Origin: Victivallales bacterium
Lineage (GTDB): Bacteria > Verrucomicrobiota > Lentisphaeria > Oligosphaerales > Lenti-02
Length of the DNA stretch: 55,686 nt
Direction of reading: 5' to 3'
NCBI GenBank assembly: GCA_003245525.1
Contig: QKCY01000500.1
Location: 1-55,686 of the forward strand
Part shown: piece after piece, positions 8,598 to 18,765 of the stretch
Layout of the letters: each line of letters starts with the position of its first letter
Position numbering within the stretch: the first letter of the stretch is position 1
The notes under the pieces: model-generated
What the model saw: only the letters and a program-made list of their open reading frames with translations
Told to the model about the DNA's origin: nothing
The model's database searches: none
Program-made: the position numbers and the translations under genes

Positions 8598-9179
8598 CTA
8601 CCAGGTCACGCCAAGGCCCATGAAATAGGCCACCGCCCGGCTATCGACGATCATGCCTTCGGCCTCGCGGGCGCGAAGGAACTCGGGCAGATCGGCCGGG
8701 GCGACCACGAGCACCTCGATATCCTCGCTGGCTTCCAGCCGGGGGACGGGGTTCTGGTTCTCGGGCAGGGTCTCGTCGATGTCGAGGAAGGCCAGGGTGA
8801 CGGTCTCGCCGGTCATGCCCGCCGAGCTGCTGGCGGGCTGGCCGATCCAGCGGAGGGTGCCGCTGTAGCCGGTTTCCTCCAGCAGTTCGCGGACGGCGGT
8901 GGTGGCGGCGGGTTCGCCGGGATCGATCAGGCCTGCCGGGAACTCCAGCACATAGGCGTCGAGCGGCGGCCGGTACTGGCGCAGGATCACCAGCCGCCCG
9001 GAGGGACGCAGGACCGGGATCATCAGCACCGCGCCCTGGTTGTTGGCGCGCATGGCCGCCTCCCACTTGCGGGCGCGACCGTGCCGGTCCTGGTAGTCGA
9101 TGCAGTCGAGATGGAGGAAGCGGCCAGCGGCAAGAACGGTGCGGCCCGTGTGGCGGGGGCGGATTGGGGTGTCGGTCAT
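8598..9179 (-). CDS. NUDIX hydrolase (ADP-ribose pyrophosphatase-like)
   Basis: Nudix box GLIDPGEPAATTAVRELLEETG. Start re-placed at ATG 9179 (MTDTPIRP). Confidence 0.8.
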   Translation of the reverse strand: MTDTPIRPRHTGRTVLAAGRFLHLDCIDYQDRHGRARKWEAAMRANNQGAVLMIPVLRPSGRLVILRQYRPPLDAYVLEFPAGLIDPGEPAATTAVRELLEETGYSGTLRWIGQPASSSAGMTGETVTLAFLDIDETLPENQNPVPRLEASEDIEVLVVAPADLPEFLRAREAEGMIVDSRAVAYFMGLGVTW

Positions 9180-9195
9180 GAACTCGTCCCGAAGG

Positions 9196-10446
9196 CTATT
9201 TGGCGTAGGCGGCGGCGACCTTCTCGCAGGCGGCGACGATATCCGCCGCCTCCGGGTCGCCGTAGCTCTCGCTGATGGAGATGTTGAAATGGGTGTCCAC
9301 GGCGCGGATCGCCTGTTCGATCCGGGCCACGGGCTCCTTGGAACCACGATAGTCCGTGCAATCCCAGGGGAAACCCGAGTTGCCGAAGCAACGCTTCTCG
9401 CGGAACCAGGTGCATTCGGCGGGAATCGCCCGGTAGGAGACGGCCAGCGGAATGCCCTCGGCGGCAAGCGCCGCGCAGAAGGTGGCCTTGTCCACGCGCA
9501 GGGCGTCCAGGTCTACGTGCATGCGCAGGAACCAGTAGCTGGACTGGCTATCGGGAACCTGCCAACCCACCCGGATCGCGGGGTTGCCGGCGAGGGCATC
9601 GCGTACCGCGTTGCCGACCTTCACCCGGTTCGCGACGATGGCGGGCAGGCGCCTGAGTTGGGCGCTGCCGATGGCGGCGGAGAGGTCGTTCAGGTTGCAG
9701 TTGATGCCGGCGACCACGTTGCCGACGGTACCCGAACCGGCGGGCACCCCGAAGGGCTTGCCCCGGTCGGCGAACTGGCGGCCCTGCCAATGCAGCTTCT
9801 CGTCCCGCGTGTAGACCATGCCGCCCTGGCCACCGGTACACATGTGTTTGCCGAACATGGTGGAGAAGGCGGCGATATGCCCGATGGTGCCGAGGCGCTG
9901 TCCCTGGTAGAACGCCCCGAGTGCCTGGGCGCAATCCTCGATTACGTAGAGATTGTGCTTCTCCGCCAGGGCCATGACAGGGGCCAGATCCACCGCGTCG
10001 CCCGCGATATGGGCGGCAACGATGGCGCGGGTCCGCTCGGTGATCAGGGGCTCGATCTGCTCGGCGCAGGCGTTGTAGGAACGCACGTCGGCATCGGCCA
10101 CCACCGGCACGCAACCGGCCAGGACCACCGGCATGATGCCGCCGGGATCGGTGATGGGAGGGCAGATCACCTCGCTCAGCGCGTCGAGTCGCAGAGCTCC
10201 AAGCGCGCAGAACAGGGCGTTCGTGCCCGAGTTGACGGCATCGGCGAAACCGCCGCCCATCAGCTCCACGAAGTCCTTCTCGTACTGCTGCTCGCTCGGC
10301 CCGTTGTAGCCGAAGGCGTTGCCCGACGCGATGGCCGCGTCGAACAGGGCCACTGCCGCCGCCTTCTCCGTCTCCCCCAGCAGGCCGCGCGCGGGCATGG
10401 GTTGGTACCGAACCTTGGGACCGCCGTCAATGGCAAGCGTGCTCAT
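9196..10446 (-). CDS. DegT/DnrJ/EryC1/StrS-family PLP-dependent sugar aminotransferase/dehydratase
   Basis: 416 aa with the family pattern AVNSGTNAL, IAAHIAG, YVIEDCAQALGA and FSTMFGKHM (Lys in the expected position). Confidence 0.85.
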   Translation of the reverse strand: MSTLAIDGGPKVRYQPMPARGLLGETEKAAAVALFDAAIASGNAFGYNGPSEQQYEKDFVELMGGGFADAVNSGTNALFCALGALRLDALSEVICPPITDPGGIMPVVLAGCVPVVADADVRSYNACAEQIEPLITERTRAIVAAHIAGDAVDLAPVMALAEKHNLYVIEDCAQALGAFYQGQRLGTIGHIAAFSTMFGKHMCTGGQGGMVYTRDEKLHWQGRQFADRGKPFGVPAGSGTVGNVVAGINCNLNDLSAAIGSAQLRRLPAIVANRVKVGNAVRDALAGNPAIRVGWQVPDSQSSYWFLRMHVDLDALRVDKATFCAALAAEGIPLAVSYRAIPAECTWFREKRCFGNSGFPWDCTDYRGSKEPVARIEQAIRAVDTHFNISISESYGDPEAADIVAACEKVAAAYAK

Positions 10447-10527
10447 GATGCCTCGTCCTCAAGCCGTGACCAGTAAGGACGGCCAGTGGGCCGTCGCGGG
10501 CCTAAGATAGGGGTCTCCGGGGCGGGG

Positions 10528-13500
10528 TCAATCCTCGACGGCAATCCGGAACCCGACATCGTAGACCTTCTGCCAGGGCTCGTACGCATAGCGGACCGAC
10601 GATCCCGCATCGACAGGCCGGTCGGCCCAGGAACCGCCGCGAGCGACCCGGCGTTCGCTTCCCGCCGGATCGTCCCGGCCATCGTCGGCATAGGGATAGG
10701 CGCGGTAGCGGGTCCGCGTCCATTCGCTCACATTGCCGACCATGTCCCGGAGCCCCCAGGCGTTGGCCTCGGTCTGGCCGACATAGTCCACCACGAAATA
10801 CGGGTCCCGGAACCGCTCGTCATGGAGCGGGAAGTTCATCTCGGGCGGATAGGGCATGCGGGGTTGCAGGCAGCCCGGACCGGGGAAGCTCGTCCGGAAC
10901 CAGCGTAGGGACTGGTCGGCGAGGTTCGCGAACCGCCCGAAATCGGCATTCATGCCGCCGAAGAAGAACGGGGTGGCGGTCCCGGCCCGCGCCGCCCATT
11001 CCCACTGGGCCTCGGTCGGCAGCGCGACCTTGCGGCCGGTCTGCAGGCCGAGCCACGCGCAGAAGGCCGTGGCTTCCTGCCAGGAGACGCGGGCCACGGG
11101 CTGGTCGGGATGGTTGGCAATGTAGCCGGGGGTGACCCGGTCGATGCCGTGCATGTCGATGTAGCGCGTGTCGTGGTCGGGATCGAAGGCGGCGTACTGC
11201 CGGTTGGTCACCTCGGTCGTGCCCAGCCAGAAGGGCTTGGCGATGCCGACCTTGGCTCGGGGCCGTTCGTCGGCAGCGCCATCCAGGCTGCCCATGACGA
11301 ACTCGCCCGCGGGAATCCAGCGCAGGGTCAGTTGCACCCCCTCGGCGACCGTCAGCGTACCTTCCCGTCCATTTTGGAGGTGTTCGGCCCAACCGGCGGG
11401 CATGGGGAAGGCGGCGGCCTGTACCCCGTCCGGCGGCACGGGAGACTCGGCAGGCGGGGCCACATAGGCGACAGCGGGACGTTCCGCGGCCTGGGCCAGG
11501 GCCGCCTGGGCCTCGGCTTCCGGGTTGGTGTCGAGATTGGCGAAGGCCTTCGCCAACTCGCAACGGCGCTGCGCAGGATCGGTCCCCTGCCATTCGGGAG
11601 GCTTCCACTGGCCGTTCTTCGGGGCGTTCAGGTCGATCCAGCAGTAGAGCCGTTCCTTCGCCTCGGGGTCCATGGCCGCCAGTTTCACGCCGTGATGCCC
11701 CTTCTCCAGCATGCGGATTAGGGGGCTGGTGGAGGCGTGGTACTCCATGGGGTTGAGCAACGCCATATCGCTCTCCACACCGGGCCGGTGAATATAGGGA
11801 TGAAGCCCGGCGTAGGCTGCATCCGCCGTCTTGAAGCACGGCTTGCTGCGCGGTCCGACCAGGGCCGGTCCCGTGTGGCAGCCGACGCAGTACTTCTCCA
11901 GCACCGGCTGCACTTCGTTGGCGAACAGGAAGGGGCGGGGGGCTCCGAACCAGGGGCGCAGCTCCTCCGCTTCCCGCTCGTCGGCCACGGCCCGCCGCCG
12001 CGGCAGGGTGGTTCCCCGCATTTCGTGGCAGCCGACGCAGGAAACCCGCTCGCCCGGCATGCCTACCAGCCAACTCCGCATGAGCTGGAGGGCGCGCCCA
12101 TCCGCATCCAGGGGTTGCAGGGAGACAGGCGTGTTGGCGGGAATCCGGAAGCGGACCGAGCCATCGCTCTCCACTTTCGCCGTGCCCAGAACCCGCTTGG
12201 CGTCCCAACCCGAGTGGATACCTACCACCCCCGGCCCCGCCTTGCCGATGTAGCCGAAGTGGTAGGCGAAAACGCGGACCGCCGTGACCGTCCCCCGCGG
12301 CACCCCGGCCAGCCCTGGCCCCTGGTAGATATCGGCCACATGCACCTCGGCGGTCGTCTCGTCGAGCTTCACCCGGTCGGGAATCACGGGCGGCCGGGGC
12401 CGGGGCCGGAACGGGATCGGCTCGAACAGGGCGATGTCCTCGAACTCCGCGATCCGGGTGAGATTGTCGAAGACATCCACCAGATAGATGCCCCAGAGGC
12501 TCTTGGCCGTCGGCTTCATGGACACCAGGAAATACTTGCTGCTTAACGGATAGGGATGGGTCGTCAGCAAGGGAGATTCCTTGAGGAAGAGTCCCCGGAC
12601 CGTGTCGTCGCAGACCGTGCCCGCCACCGGCTTGCCCCAGCCGGGAATGGTCTGCACGAAGCCCGTCTTCTCTGCCGGGAGGATGTCGGGGGTGACCGCC
12701 ATATGCTCGCCCGGCTCACCCCATTCCTTGCTCGTCGGGCGAAAGCGGAAGGGGTAGGTGGCAGCCAGGGCCGGATCGAGCACCACCAGCCGCCCGCAAT
12801 CGCCGAAATCGTGGTGCCCGCTGATGATGCCCACTAGACGGGTCGCGCTGTCCGGTACGGGCCGGGCGAAACGGAAGGCGGTCGGGAACCAGGAGTTGCT
12901 GCCGTGCAGGGCAAGCTGGCCGGTGCCGTCGGGAAGCATGGTCATCCGCCGCCGCGAGAAGTAGTGGGGGATGTCGCTGTATTCCCAGCGCTGGAAGAGC
13001 ACGCGCCCGTCGTTCAGCACCACCGGATCGTTGTCGCTGTCCTGGTCGAAGGTCAACTGGCGGAGGCTCTTGGTTCTGGGGTCCAGCAGATAGAGGCTGG
13101 CAATCTGCCCGTCGCCGTTGAGGCAAGGCAACCCGTAATAGTTGGCCGTGGAACAGAGGATGATCCGCCCGTCGGGCAGGTAGCAGCCCTGGAAGAAGTC
13201 GAGATCGGGATAGTTGGTGGGGGTGAGACAGTGGGGGTCCTTGCCCTCGCTCGTCACCTCGTAGAGCGCCCAGCGTCCCTGGTCGTCCAGGCTCGAAAAG
13301 AGCAGACGGTTGCCGTCGTACTCCAGCCGCACATCGCGCAGCAGGCGTCCCGCCGGGGGCTGGTACAACGATGCAAGACCGGGTTGCCCGCGCAGGTCGG
13401 AGAGCACCGCGATCTCGTTGTCCCAATTGCCCTTGCGCAGGACGGCATGGTTCTGGAAGTTGGTGGGCACGAAGCCGGCATCGGCCCCGACCGCCGACCG

Positions 13501-14331
13501 CGCCCGGCCGCCGGGAAGATTGCGCTTCACGACCAGCACGCGGTCGAAATCGAGCAACGGGTTGGCCAGGAGGGCCGTGCGGACCTCCGTCGCCAAGGCG
13601 TCGATGGCGTCGATTGTTTCCGCCTTGCCGCCATCCTTCGCTTCCTGTAGGAGGCGGGCGCGCTCCGCATCGAGCCGGTCCAGCAGCGGCAGATGGCGGG
13701 CAGCGTCGAAGGTACCGGGAAAGGTCTCGGCCAAGTCTGTGACCGCGCGGCGGACCGCCGCTGGATCAAGGGCCGTCAGTTCCGCGATCTTCTCCTCCAG
13801 ACGCTCCTTCTCCTGGCGTAGCCGGACTCGTTCGGCCCGTTGTTCGGGCGTCAGCCGCACCAACTGCCAGTCATCCGGGAAGGCCTCGGCACAACGCAGG
13901 CGCAGGGCGCAAATGTGGGGGAAGATGCTGTCTGTGCGCAGCGTCACGACGTGGCTGCCCTTGGTGATCCGCGTCACGCATTGGTCCTCCCATTGGGCCG
14001 AGGAGGTCTGCCACTTGCCCGTCACCCCCTTCAGACCGGTGACGACGACGTTCCCGTCCACCAGAATCTGCACGGGCCGCGACTGGGCGGCGGCGTAGAG
14101 CACGGCCACGGTGTAGTCCGCCGTGACCGGGACATCGAGCACGTATTCGGCCCAGTTCGGAGTCTCGCCCTTGTTGAAGATGCACGCGGGGCCGTCGGCA
14201 TAGGACTCCCCGTGCAGCACCACGCGGGCATTGCTGGCGTCGAAATCGACGGCCTCGACCGTGATCACGCCATCCGCCGCGTGGATCGCCATACCCAAGA
14301 GACAGATCAGAGCGAACGACCCGCGTGCCAT
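10528..14331 (-). CDS. Secreted multidomain protein: CBM-like N-terminal module, coiled coil, beta-propeller/HzsA-related region, two CxxCH haem-c motifs, C-terminal FGE/SUMF1 domain
   Basis: Signal peptide MARGSFALICLLGMAIHA, with ATG 14331 preceded by AGGAGA. CxxCH motifs are SCVGCHEMRG and VQPVLEKYCVGCHTGP (planctomycete-cytochrome-like). FGE signatures are WIPAGEFVMGS, EAQWEWAARAG and RVARGGSW. Confidence 0.8.
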   Translation of the reverse strand: MARGSFALICLLGMAIHAADGVITVEAVDFDASNARVVLHGESYADGPACIFNKGETPNWAEYVLDVPVTADYTVAVLYAAAQSRPVQILVDGNVVVTGLKGVTGKWQTSSAQWEDQCVTRITKGSHVVTLRTDSIFPHICALRLRCAEAFPDDWQLVRLTPEQRAERVRLRQEKERLEEKIAELTALDPAAVRRAVTDLAETFPGTFDAARHLPLLDRLDAERARLLQEAKDGGKAETIDAIDALATEVRTALLANPLLDFDRVLVVKRNLPGGRARSAVGADAGFVPTNFQNHAVLRKGNWDNEIAVLSDLRGQPGLASLYQPPAGRLLRDVRLEYDGNRLLFSSLDDQGRWALYEVTSEGKDPHCLTPTNYPDLDFFQGCYLPDGRIILCSTANYYGLPCLNGDGQIASLYLLDPRTKSLRQLTFDQDSDNDPVVLNDGRVLFQRWEYSDIPHYFSRRRMTMLPDGTGQLALHGSNSWFPTAFRFARPVPDSATRLVGIISGHHDFGDCGRLVVLDPALAATYPFRFRPTSKEWGEPGEHMAVTPDILPAEKTGFVQTIPGWGKPVAGTVCDDTVRGLFLKESPLLTTHPYPLSSKYFLVSMKPTAKSLWGIYLVDVFDNLTRIAEFEDIALFEPIPFRPRPRPPVIPDRVKLDETTAEVHVADIYQGPGLAGVPRGTVTAVRVFAYHFGYIGKAGPGVVGIHSGWDAKRVLGTAKVESDGSVRFRIPANTPVSLQPLDADGRALQLMRSWLVGMPGERVSCVGCHEMRGTTLPRRRAVADEREAEELRPWFGAPRPFLFANEVQPVLEKYCVGCHTGPALVGPRSKPCFKTADAAYAGLHPYIHRPGVESDMALLNPMEYHASTSPLIRMLEKGHHGVKLAAMDPEAKERLYCWIDLNAPKNGQWKPPEWQGTDPAQRRCELAKAFANLDTNPEAEAQAALAQAAERPAVAYVAPPAESPVPPDGVQAAAFPMPAGWAEHLQNGREGTLTVAEGVQLTLRWIPAGEFVMGSLDGAADERPRAKVGIAKPFWLGTTEVTNRQYAAFDPDHDTRYIDMHGIDRVTPGYIANHPDQPVARVSWQEATAFCAWLGLQTGRKVALPTEAQWEWAARAGTATPFFFGGMNADFGRFANLADQSLRWFRTSFPGPGCLQPRMPYPPEMNFPLHDERFRDPYFVVDYVGQTEANAWGLRDMVGNVSEWTRTRYRAYPYADDGRDDPAGSERRVARGGSWADRPVDAGSSVRYAYEPWQKVYDVGFRIAVED

Positions 14332-14466
14332 GCGTTCTCTCCTGATGCTTTGGAGGGCATTCACCTGTTGCGAACGAAGGGGTCTTCCATGACTATAGAC
14401 CCTCGTTAGCAGGGCGCATCATAGTCCACCATGATCCCGCCGCCGACACCCCGCGCCGGACGGGAG

Positions 14467-17400
14467 CTACGGCAGGCGGAATTCGTGGGTTCCGCTGCCG
14501 ACTTCGACGACCTTCTCGGGCAGGTGGACTTCGGCGATGGCGTTCGGCGGGACGGTGACGGTCAGGCTACCTTGCGCGCGGGACCACTGGACGGCGATGG
14601 GACCGCGCACGGTATCGAGAGTGCAAGTGAACTGCTGCATCCCCGGCAGCGGCGCGGGCTGCACCGCGAACCGGCGGTAGGCGGGTTCGAGTACCCGGAT
14701 GCCCGCGATGTGGGTATACCACGTGGCGCTGGCCCCGCTGAACATGGCGTGGTTGTGGGAGTTCATGCCGCCCTTGTAGGTCCACTGTTCCCAGGTGGTG
14801 GTGGCATCGTTGGCGATCTGGAAGCCGAAGCCGGGGTAGTCGGGCTGGCGCAGCACGGTCTCGGCCACGTCGCCCCGACCGCCGTCGATCAGCACGTCGA
14901 AGAGGTGGCGGGTGCCGTAGATGCCGGTATCCAGATGCCCCTTGTCGCGGGTGAGGATGGAGGCGACGAGATGGGCAAATACCCGGTCGCGCTGTTCGCC
15001 GGCCAGCATCCCGGCGGCGAGCGGCATCACGTCGTTAGTCTGGCGGCCGTCGCCGAAGGAATCGCCGTCCGGGGTGGCCAGGTTGGCCAGCAAGGCCTCG
15101 CGAATCTCCTCGGCCAGGGCCGCGTAGCGCTGCTGGTCCTCGGGGTGCCCGAGCACCCCCGCCATGCGGGAGAGGTTCCGGGCGAGTTCGTGAAAGAGAA
15201 CCGTGTTCACCACCGGCACGGCGTTGTGGTAGCCCTGCCAGGTGCCATCGTTGGGCGGGCACCAATCGCCGAAACCGTCGCGCCAGACGTGGTCCGGCGC
15301 CGCCTTGTCCAGCCGGTTCACGTAGGCCTTGAGGCTATCGTACTGCTCGGCCAGCAGGCGTTCGTCGCCGTAGTTCCAGTAGAGCCGCCAGAGCAGATTG
15401 CCCCGGTCGCCGCTCCAGTCGGGATTGCCGCCGCCATGCTCGATGTTGCGGACCCACTGCGCGTAGTAGCCATGCATCCCGAAATTGGCGATGGCGGCAT
15501 CCTCCACACAGGCGGAATCCATCTCGCAGGGGGTGCGCTCGTCGCGGGCCGCGCAGTCGGTGGGAATGCTCACCAAGTTGCTGACAATGCTCCAGGTGAA
15601 GTTGCTTTGCAGGCGGTCCAGAAACTTGTCGCCGAAGGTGATGTGTCCCGTCTGTTCGACGGCGGCATGGACCGTGCAGGCAACCAGGTTCTCCGCCGTC
15701 GGCGTGCCGGGGAAACCGCGCACCTCCACGTAGCGGAAACCATGGTAGGTGAAACGGGGCTCGTAGACCTCGGTACCCGTGCCTGCGAGGGTGTAGCTGT
15801 CCAGCGCGTCGGCCCGCCGGTTGGTCCAGGGATCGATCATTCCATCCTTGCCGAGCAGTTCGCTGTGGTGCAGCCGGACGGTGGTTCCCGCCGGGCCGTT
15901 GACCCGGAGCCGGCACCACCCCGCCGCGTTCTGTCCGAAGTCGAAGACGAACACCCCCGGCTGGGGCTGGGTGACGGCGATGGCTTGGCGCTGGCCCATC
16001 ACTCGCACTGGCGGTGCCACGGCAGGCATCAGCTTGCCCTTTGGCCCCCCGCTGATCTGGACCGGCTGCCAATCGGCGGCGGCAAACCCCGGCCGATCCC
16101 AACCGGGTTGTTCGCGGCGGGCGTCGTAGGTCTCGCCCGCGTAGATGCCCGCCTTGAGGATCGGGCTATCCGCCCAGCGCCAGGACTCGTCGGTGAAGAA
16201 GTGCTGCCGGGTGCCGTCGGCCAGCCAGACGTCCAGGCGCAGCTTGACGCACTTCGGGGCCTGCCAGCGCCAGCCCCACTGGGAGTAGTCGGGGCCGTAC
16301 CCGAGCGCCAGCCAGAGCCCGAGGGCGTTGCGCCCCTGGCGGAGCTGGCTGGTCACATCGTAGGTGTCGTAGAAGCAGAGCTGGCCGTAGTGGGAGTTGC
16401 CGGGGCAGAGGACCGCATCCCCCACCTTGGCCCCGTTGAGACGGAACTCGTACCAGCCCAGGCCGTAGACATAGGCCCGGGCGCGGACCACGGCGGCAGG
16501 CAGGTCGATCTCGTGGCGCAGGCGGGGACAGGTGCTGGGGAGGGAAGCACCCGCCAGGAGGATGCCGTTGGGCTGGACCATCTGCTTGTCGCGGAACTGG
16601 GCGCGGGCGAAGGGATTGTCGGCGATGCTGCCGTCCAGCGGATCAGCCAGCAGAACCTTGCCTGCCGGATCGGTGACGCGCAGGTCGGAGAACCCGGCGG
16701 CCTCGCCCGCACTGCCCCGGAAGCCGACGGTTCCCGCTCCGAAGGCACGCTGTTCGCGCTGGTCCACCTGCTGGCCGTCGATCCAGGTGGTGATCGTCAT
16801 CCCGACGGCGGCGATCCGCAGCCGATGGGGTTTCGCCTTGTCGGCGGGAGGCACTACGGCATCCAGCGGTACTTCGCCCAGATTCTGCCAGGCTCCGTTC
16901 TGGCGCAGGTGGGGCCGGAGCAGAAGCCCTTCGCCCAGCTTGGTGTTGAGCTGCCACATGTAGAGGTTGTCGGTGTCCACCGCCCGGAAGACGACCCCGG
17001 CGGCATCGCTCTGCACGGTGACCGTCACCTCCAGGGCGAAATCGCCCCAGGTGTGGGCGGCGTCCGGCGTGGTGGGGCTGACCCATTGGCCGCCCCAGTC
17101 GACGCCTGGCTCCAGTGCCGTCTCGAAGCTGGCCAAGGTTGACCAATCCGACGCCTCGCCGGTCTGGTCCCAGACCCGCACTCGCCAGCGGTACGGCGTC
17201 TGCCAGGCCAGGACAGGACCGGTGTAGGCAACACAGACGTTTTCCGCCGATTCGCATCTCCCGCTGTCCCACAGCGGTGCGGTATTGGCATCCAGCACCT
17301 GGATCTGATAGGCCTGCTGCATGGTCCCTTGCCGGGAACAGCGCAACTGCCAACCGAACCGGGGCACCAGAGTCTCGATGGCCAGAGGGTTCTCGCGGTA

Positions 17401-17505
17401 CTCGCAGCGAAGTTCGGCGACGCTCAGCATGGCGGCATATCCTGTCTGACAGACCGCCGCCAGGAGGATCGCTCCCAGGCAACGGCGATGGGTAGTGTTC
17501 AGCAT
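14467..17505 (-). CDS. Glycoside hydrolase family 78 alpha-L-rhamnosidase, secreted
   Basis: Signal peptide followed by the characteristic GH78 N-terminus LRCEYRENPLAIETLVPRFGWQL. The size (1012 aa) is consistent with GH78. GGAGAGGA lies upstream of ATG 17505. Confidence 0.85.
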   Translation of the reverse strand: MLNTTHRRCLGAILLAAVCQTGYAAMLSVAELRCEYRENPLAIETLVPRFGWQLRCSRQGTMQQAYQIQVLDANTAPLWDSGRCESAENVCVAYTGPVLAWQTPYRWRVRVWDQTGEASDWSTLASFETALEPGVDWGGQWVSPTTPDAAHTWGDFALEVTVTVQSDAAGVVFRAVDTDNLYMWQLNTKLGEGLLLRPHLRQNGAWQNLGEVPLDAVVPPADKAKPHRLRIAAVGMTITTWIDGQQVDQREQRAFGAGTVGFRGSAGEAAGFSDLRVTDPAGKVLLADPLDGSIADNPFARAQFRDKQMVQPNGILLAGASLPSTCPRLRHEIDLPAAVVRARAYVYGLGWYEFRLNGAKVGDAVLCPGNSHYGQLCFYDTYDVTSQLRQGRNALGLWLALGYGPDYSQWGWRWQAPKCVKLRLDVWLADGTRQHFFTDESWRWADSPILKAGIYAGETYDARREQPGWDRPGFAAADWQPVQISGGPKGKLMPAVAPPVRVMGQRQAIAVTQPQPGVFVFDFGQNAAGWCRLRVNGPAGTTVRLHHSELLGKDGMIDPWTNRRADALDSYTLAGTGTEVYEPRFTYHGFRYVEVRGFPGTPTAENLVACTVHAAVEQTGHITFGDKFLDRLQSNFTWSIVSNLVSIPTDCAARDERTPCEMDSACVEDAAIANFGMHGYYAQWVRNIEHGGGNPDWSGDRGNLLWRLYWNYGDERLLAEQYDSLKAYVNRLDKAAPDHVWRDGFGDWCPPNDGTWQGYHNAVPVVNTVLFHELARNLSRMAGVLGHPEDQQRYAALAEEIREALLANLATPDGDSFGDGRQTNDVMPLAAGMLAGEQRDRVFAHLVASILTRDKGHLDTGIYGTRHLFDVLIDGGRGDVAETVLRQPDYPGFGFQIANDATTTWEQWTYKGGMNSHNHAMFSGASATWYTHIAGIRVLEPAYRRFAVQPAPLPGMQQFTCTLDTVRGPIAVQWSRAQGSLTVTVPPNAIAEVHLPEKVVEVGSGTHEFRLP

Positions 17506-17526
17506 GGTCCTCTCCCCATTCCGGAA

Positions 17527-18765
17527 CTAGGCCAGCATGGCGGCGAAGTCGGCGAAGAAGTCCGGGTAGGACTTGGTCACGCAGTCCGGGCCGTCGATGA
17601 TCACCGGGCCCTGGGCCGCGACGGCCACGGCAGCACCGGCCATGGCGATCCGATGGTCGTTGCAGCTATCGATCTCGCCCCCGGTCACGGGGCCGCCCTG
17701 CACGGTCATGCAGTCGCCATCGACCTCGATGCGGACCCCCAGACGGCCCAGTTCCCGCTGGAGGGCCAGAGCCCGGTTGCTCTCCTTGTGGGCGAGCCGG
17801 GAAGCCCCATGCAGGACGGTGCTCCCGGCGCAATGGGCTGCCAGAGCCGCCAGGGCCGGGAAGAGGTCGGGGCAGTTGGTGGCATCGAACTCGAAGGCGT
17901 GCAGGTCGCCCTTGCTGACGGTGATGGCTCCGCCCTGCCAGGCGATCCTGGCGCCGCTGCGCTCCAGGGCCACGAGCAGGTCCCGGTCGGCCTGGGCCGA
18001 ATCGGACTGCAGACCGGTGAGGGTGACGCTGCCGCCAATGGCCCCAGCGGCCAAGAGACAGGCGGCTCCGCTCCAATCGCCCTCCACGCGGTACTCGCAG
18101 GGCTGGTAGTGCTGTTGGCCGGGGACGTGGAACTCGCGGTAGTCGGTGTGCTCGGCCTCGACGCCGAAGGCGGCCATGACTTCGAGGGTCATGTCGATAT
18201 AGGGCGTGCTCTTCAGGTCGCGCACCAGCAGCCGGGTATCGCTCTTTGCCAAGGGCAGGGCGAGGAGGAGGCCGGTGAGCATCTGGGAACTGACGCTGCC
18301 GTCCACCTCGGCCGTTCCGCCCCGCAGCGGGCCGCAGACCCGGATCGGGGCGCAACCGTTGGTGGCGGTGAACTCCGCGCCGAGGGCGCGCAGGGGGACC
18401 GCCAGCATGTCCACCGGCCGGGTAAGGAGCGAACCCTCGCCAGTCAGGGTCAGGGGCTGGTCGTGGAGGGTGGCGATGGGGGTGAACATACGGATGCCGA
18501 GCCCGGCTTCCCCGCAATGCAGGGTGGCGGCGCGGGGTGCGAAACCCCCGTCCACCACGGCGGTCGCGCCCTCCGTATCGAGCACGGCACCGAGGGCGCG
18601 CACGACTCCGGCGGCGGCCAGGACATCGTCGCACCACGTCAGGCCATGCAACACGCTCCGACCGGGGGCGAGCAGGGCGGCGGCGAGGGCACGTTGGGCG
18701 TAGCTCTTGCTGCCCGGCGCGGCCAGGTGGCCGTTAACGATGGAAGGTTTGACGGATTTCTTCAT
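17527..18765 (-). CDS. aroA: 3-phosphoshikimate 1-carboxyvinyltransferase (EPSP synthase)
   Basis: 412 aa. Contains APGSKSYAQRAL (the PGSKS motif) and the C-terminal DHRIAMAGAVAA motif. Confidence 0.9.
   Translation of the reverse strand: MKKSVKPSIVNGHLAAPGSKSYAQRALAAALLAPGRSVLHGLTWCDDVLAAAGVVRALGAVLDTEGATAVVDGGFAPRAATLHCGEAGLGIRMFTPIATLHDQPLTLTGEGSLLTRPVDMLAVPLRALGAEFTATNGCAPIRVCGPLRGGTAEVDGSVSSQMLTGLLLALPLAKSDTRLLVRDLKSTPYIDMTLEVMAAFGVEAEHTDYREFHVPGQQHYQPCEYRVEGDWSGAACLLAAGAIGGSVTLTGLQSDSAQADRDLLVALERSGARIAWQGGAITVSKGDLHAFEFDATNCPDLFPALAALAAHCAGSTVLHGASRLAHKESNRALALQRELGRLGVRIEVDGDCMTVQGGPVTGGEIDSCNDHRIAMAGAAVAVAAQGPVIIDGPDCVTKSYPDFFADFAAMLA

Noticed and set aside
8419-8628. 69-aa plus-strand ORF starting in the AT-rich island, divergent from rex.
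   Set aside because: It has no SD and no recognisable motif, its composition is odd, and its 3' end runs antisense into the NUDIX gene. More likely it is non-coding promoter or terminator DNA.
10528-14331. HzsA-like region plus haem motifs as evidence for anammox hydrazine synthase.
   Set aside because: No hzsB, hzsC, hdh or other anammox genes are present. The protein is fused to CBM-like and FGE domains and sits among glycan-processing genes. The resemblance is to the broader HzsA-related fold only, and it rests on my memory rather than a search.
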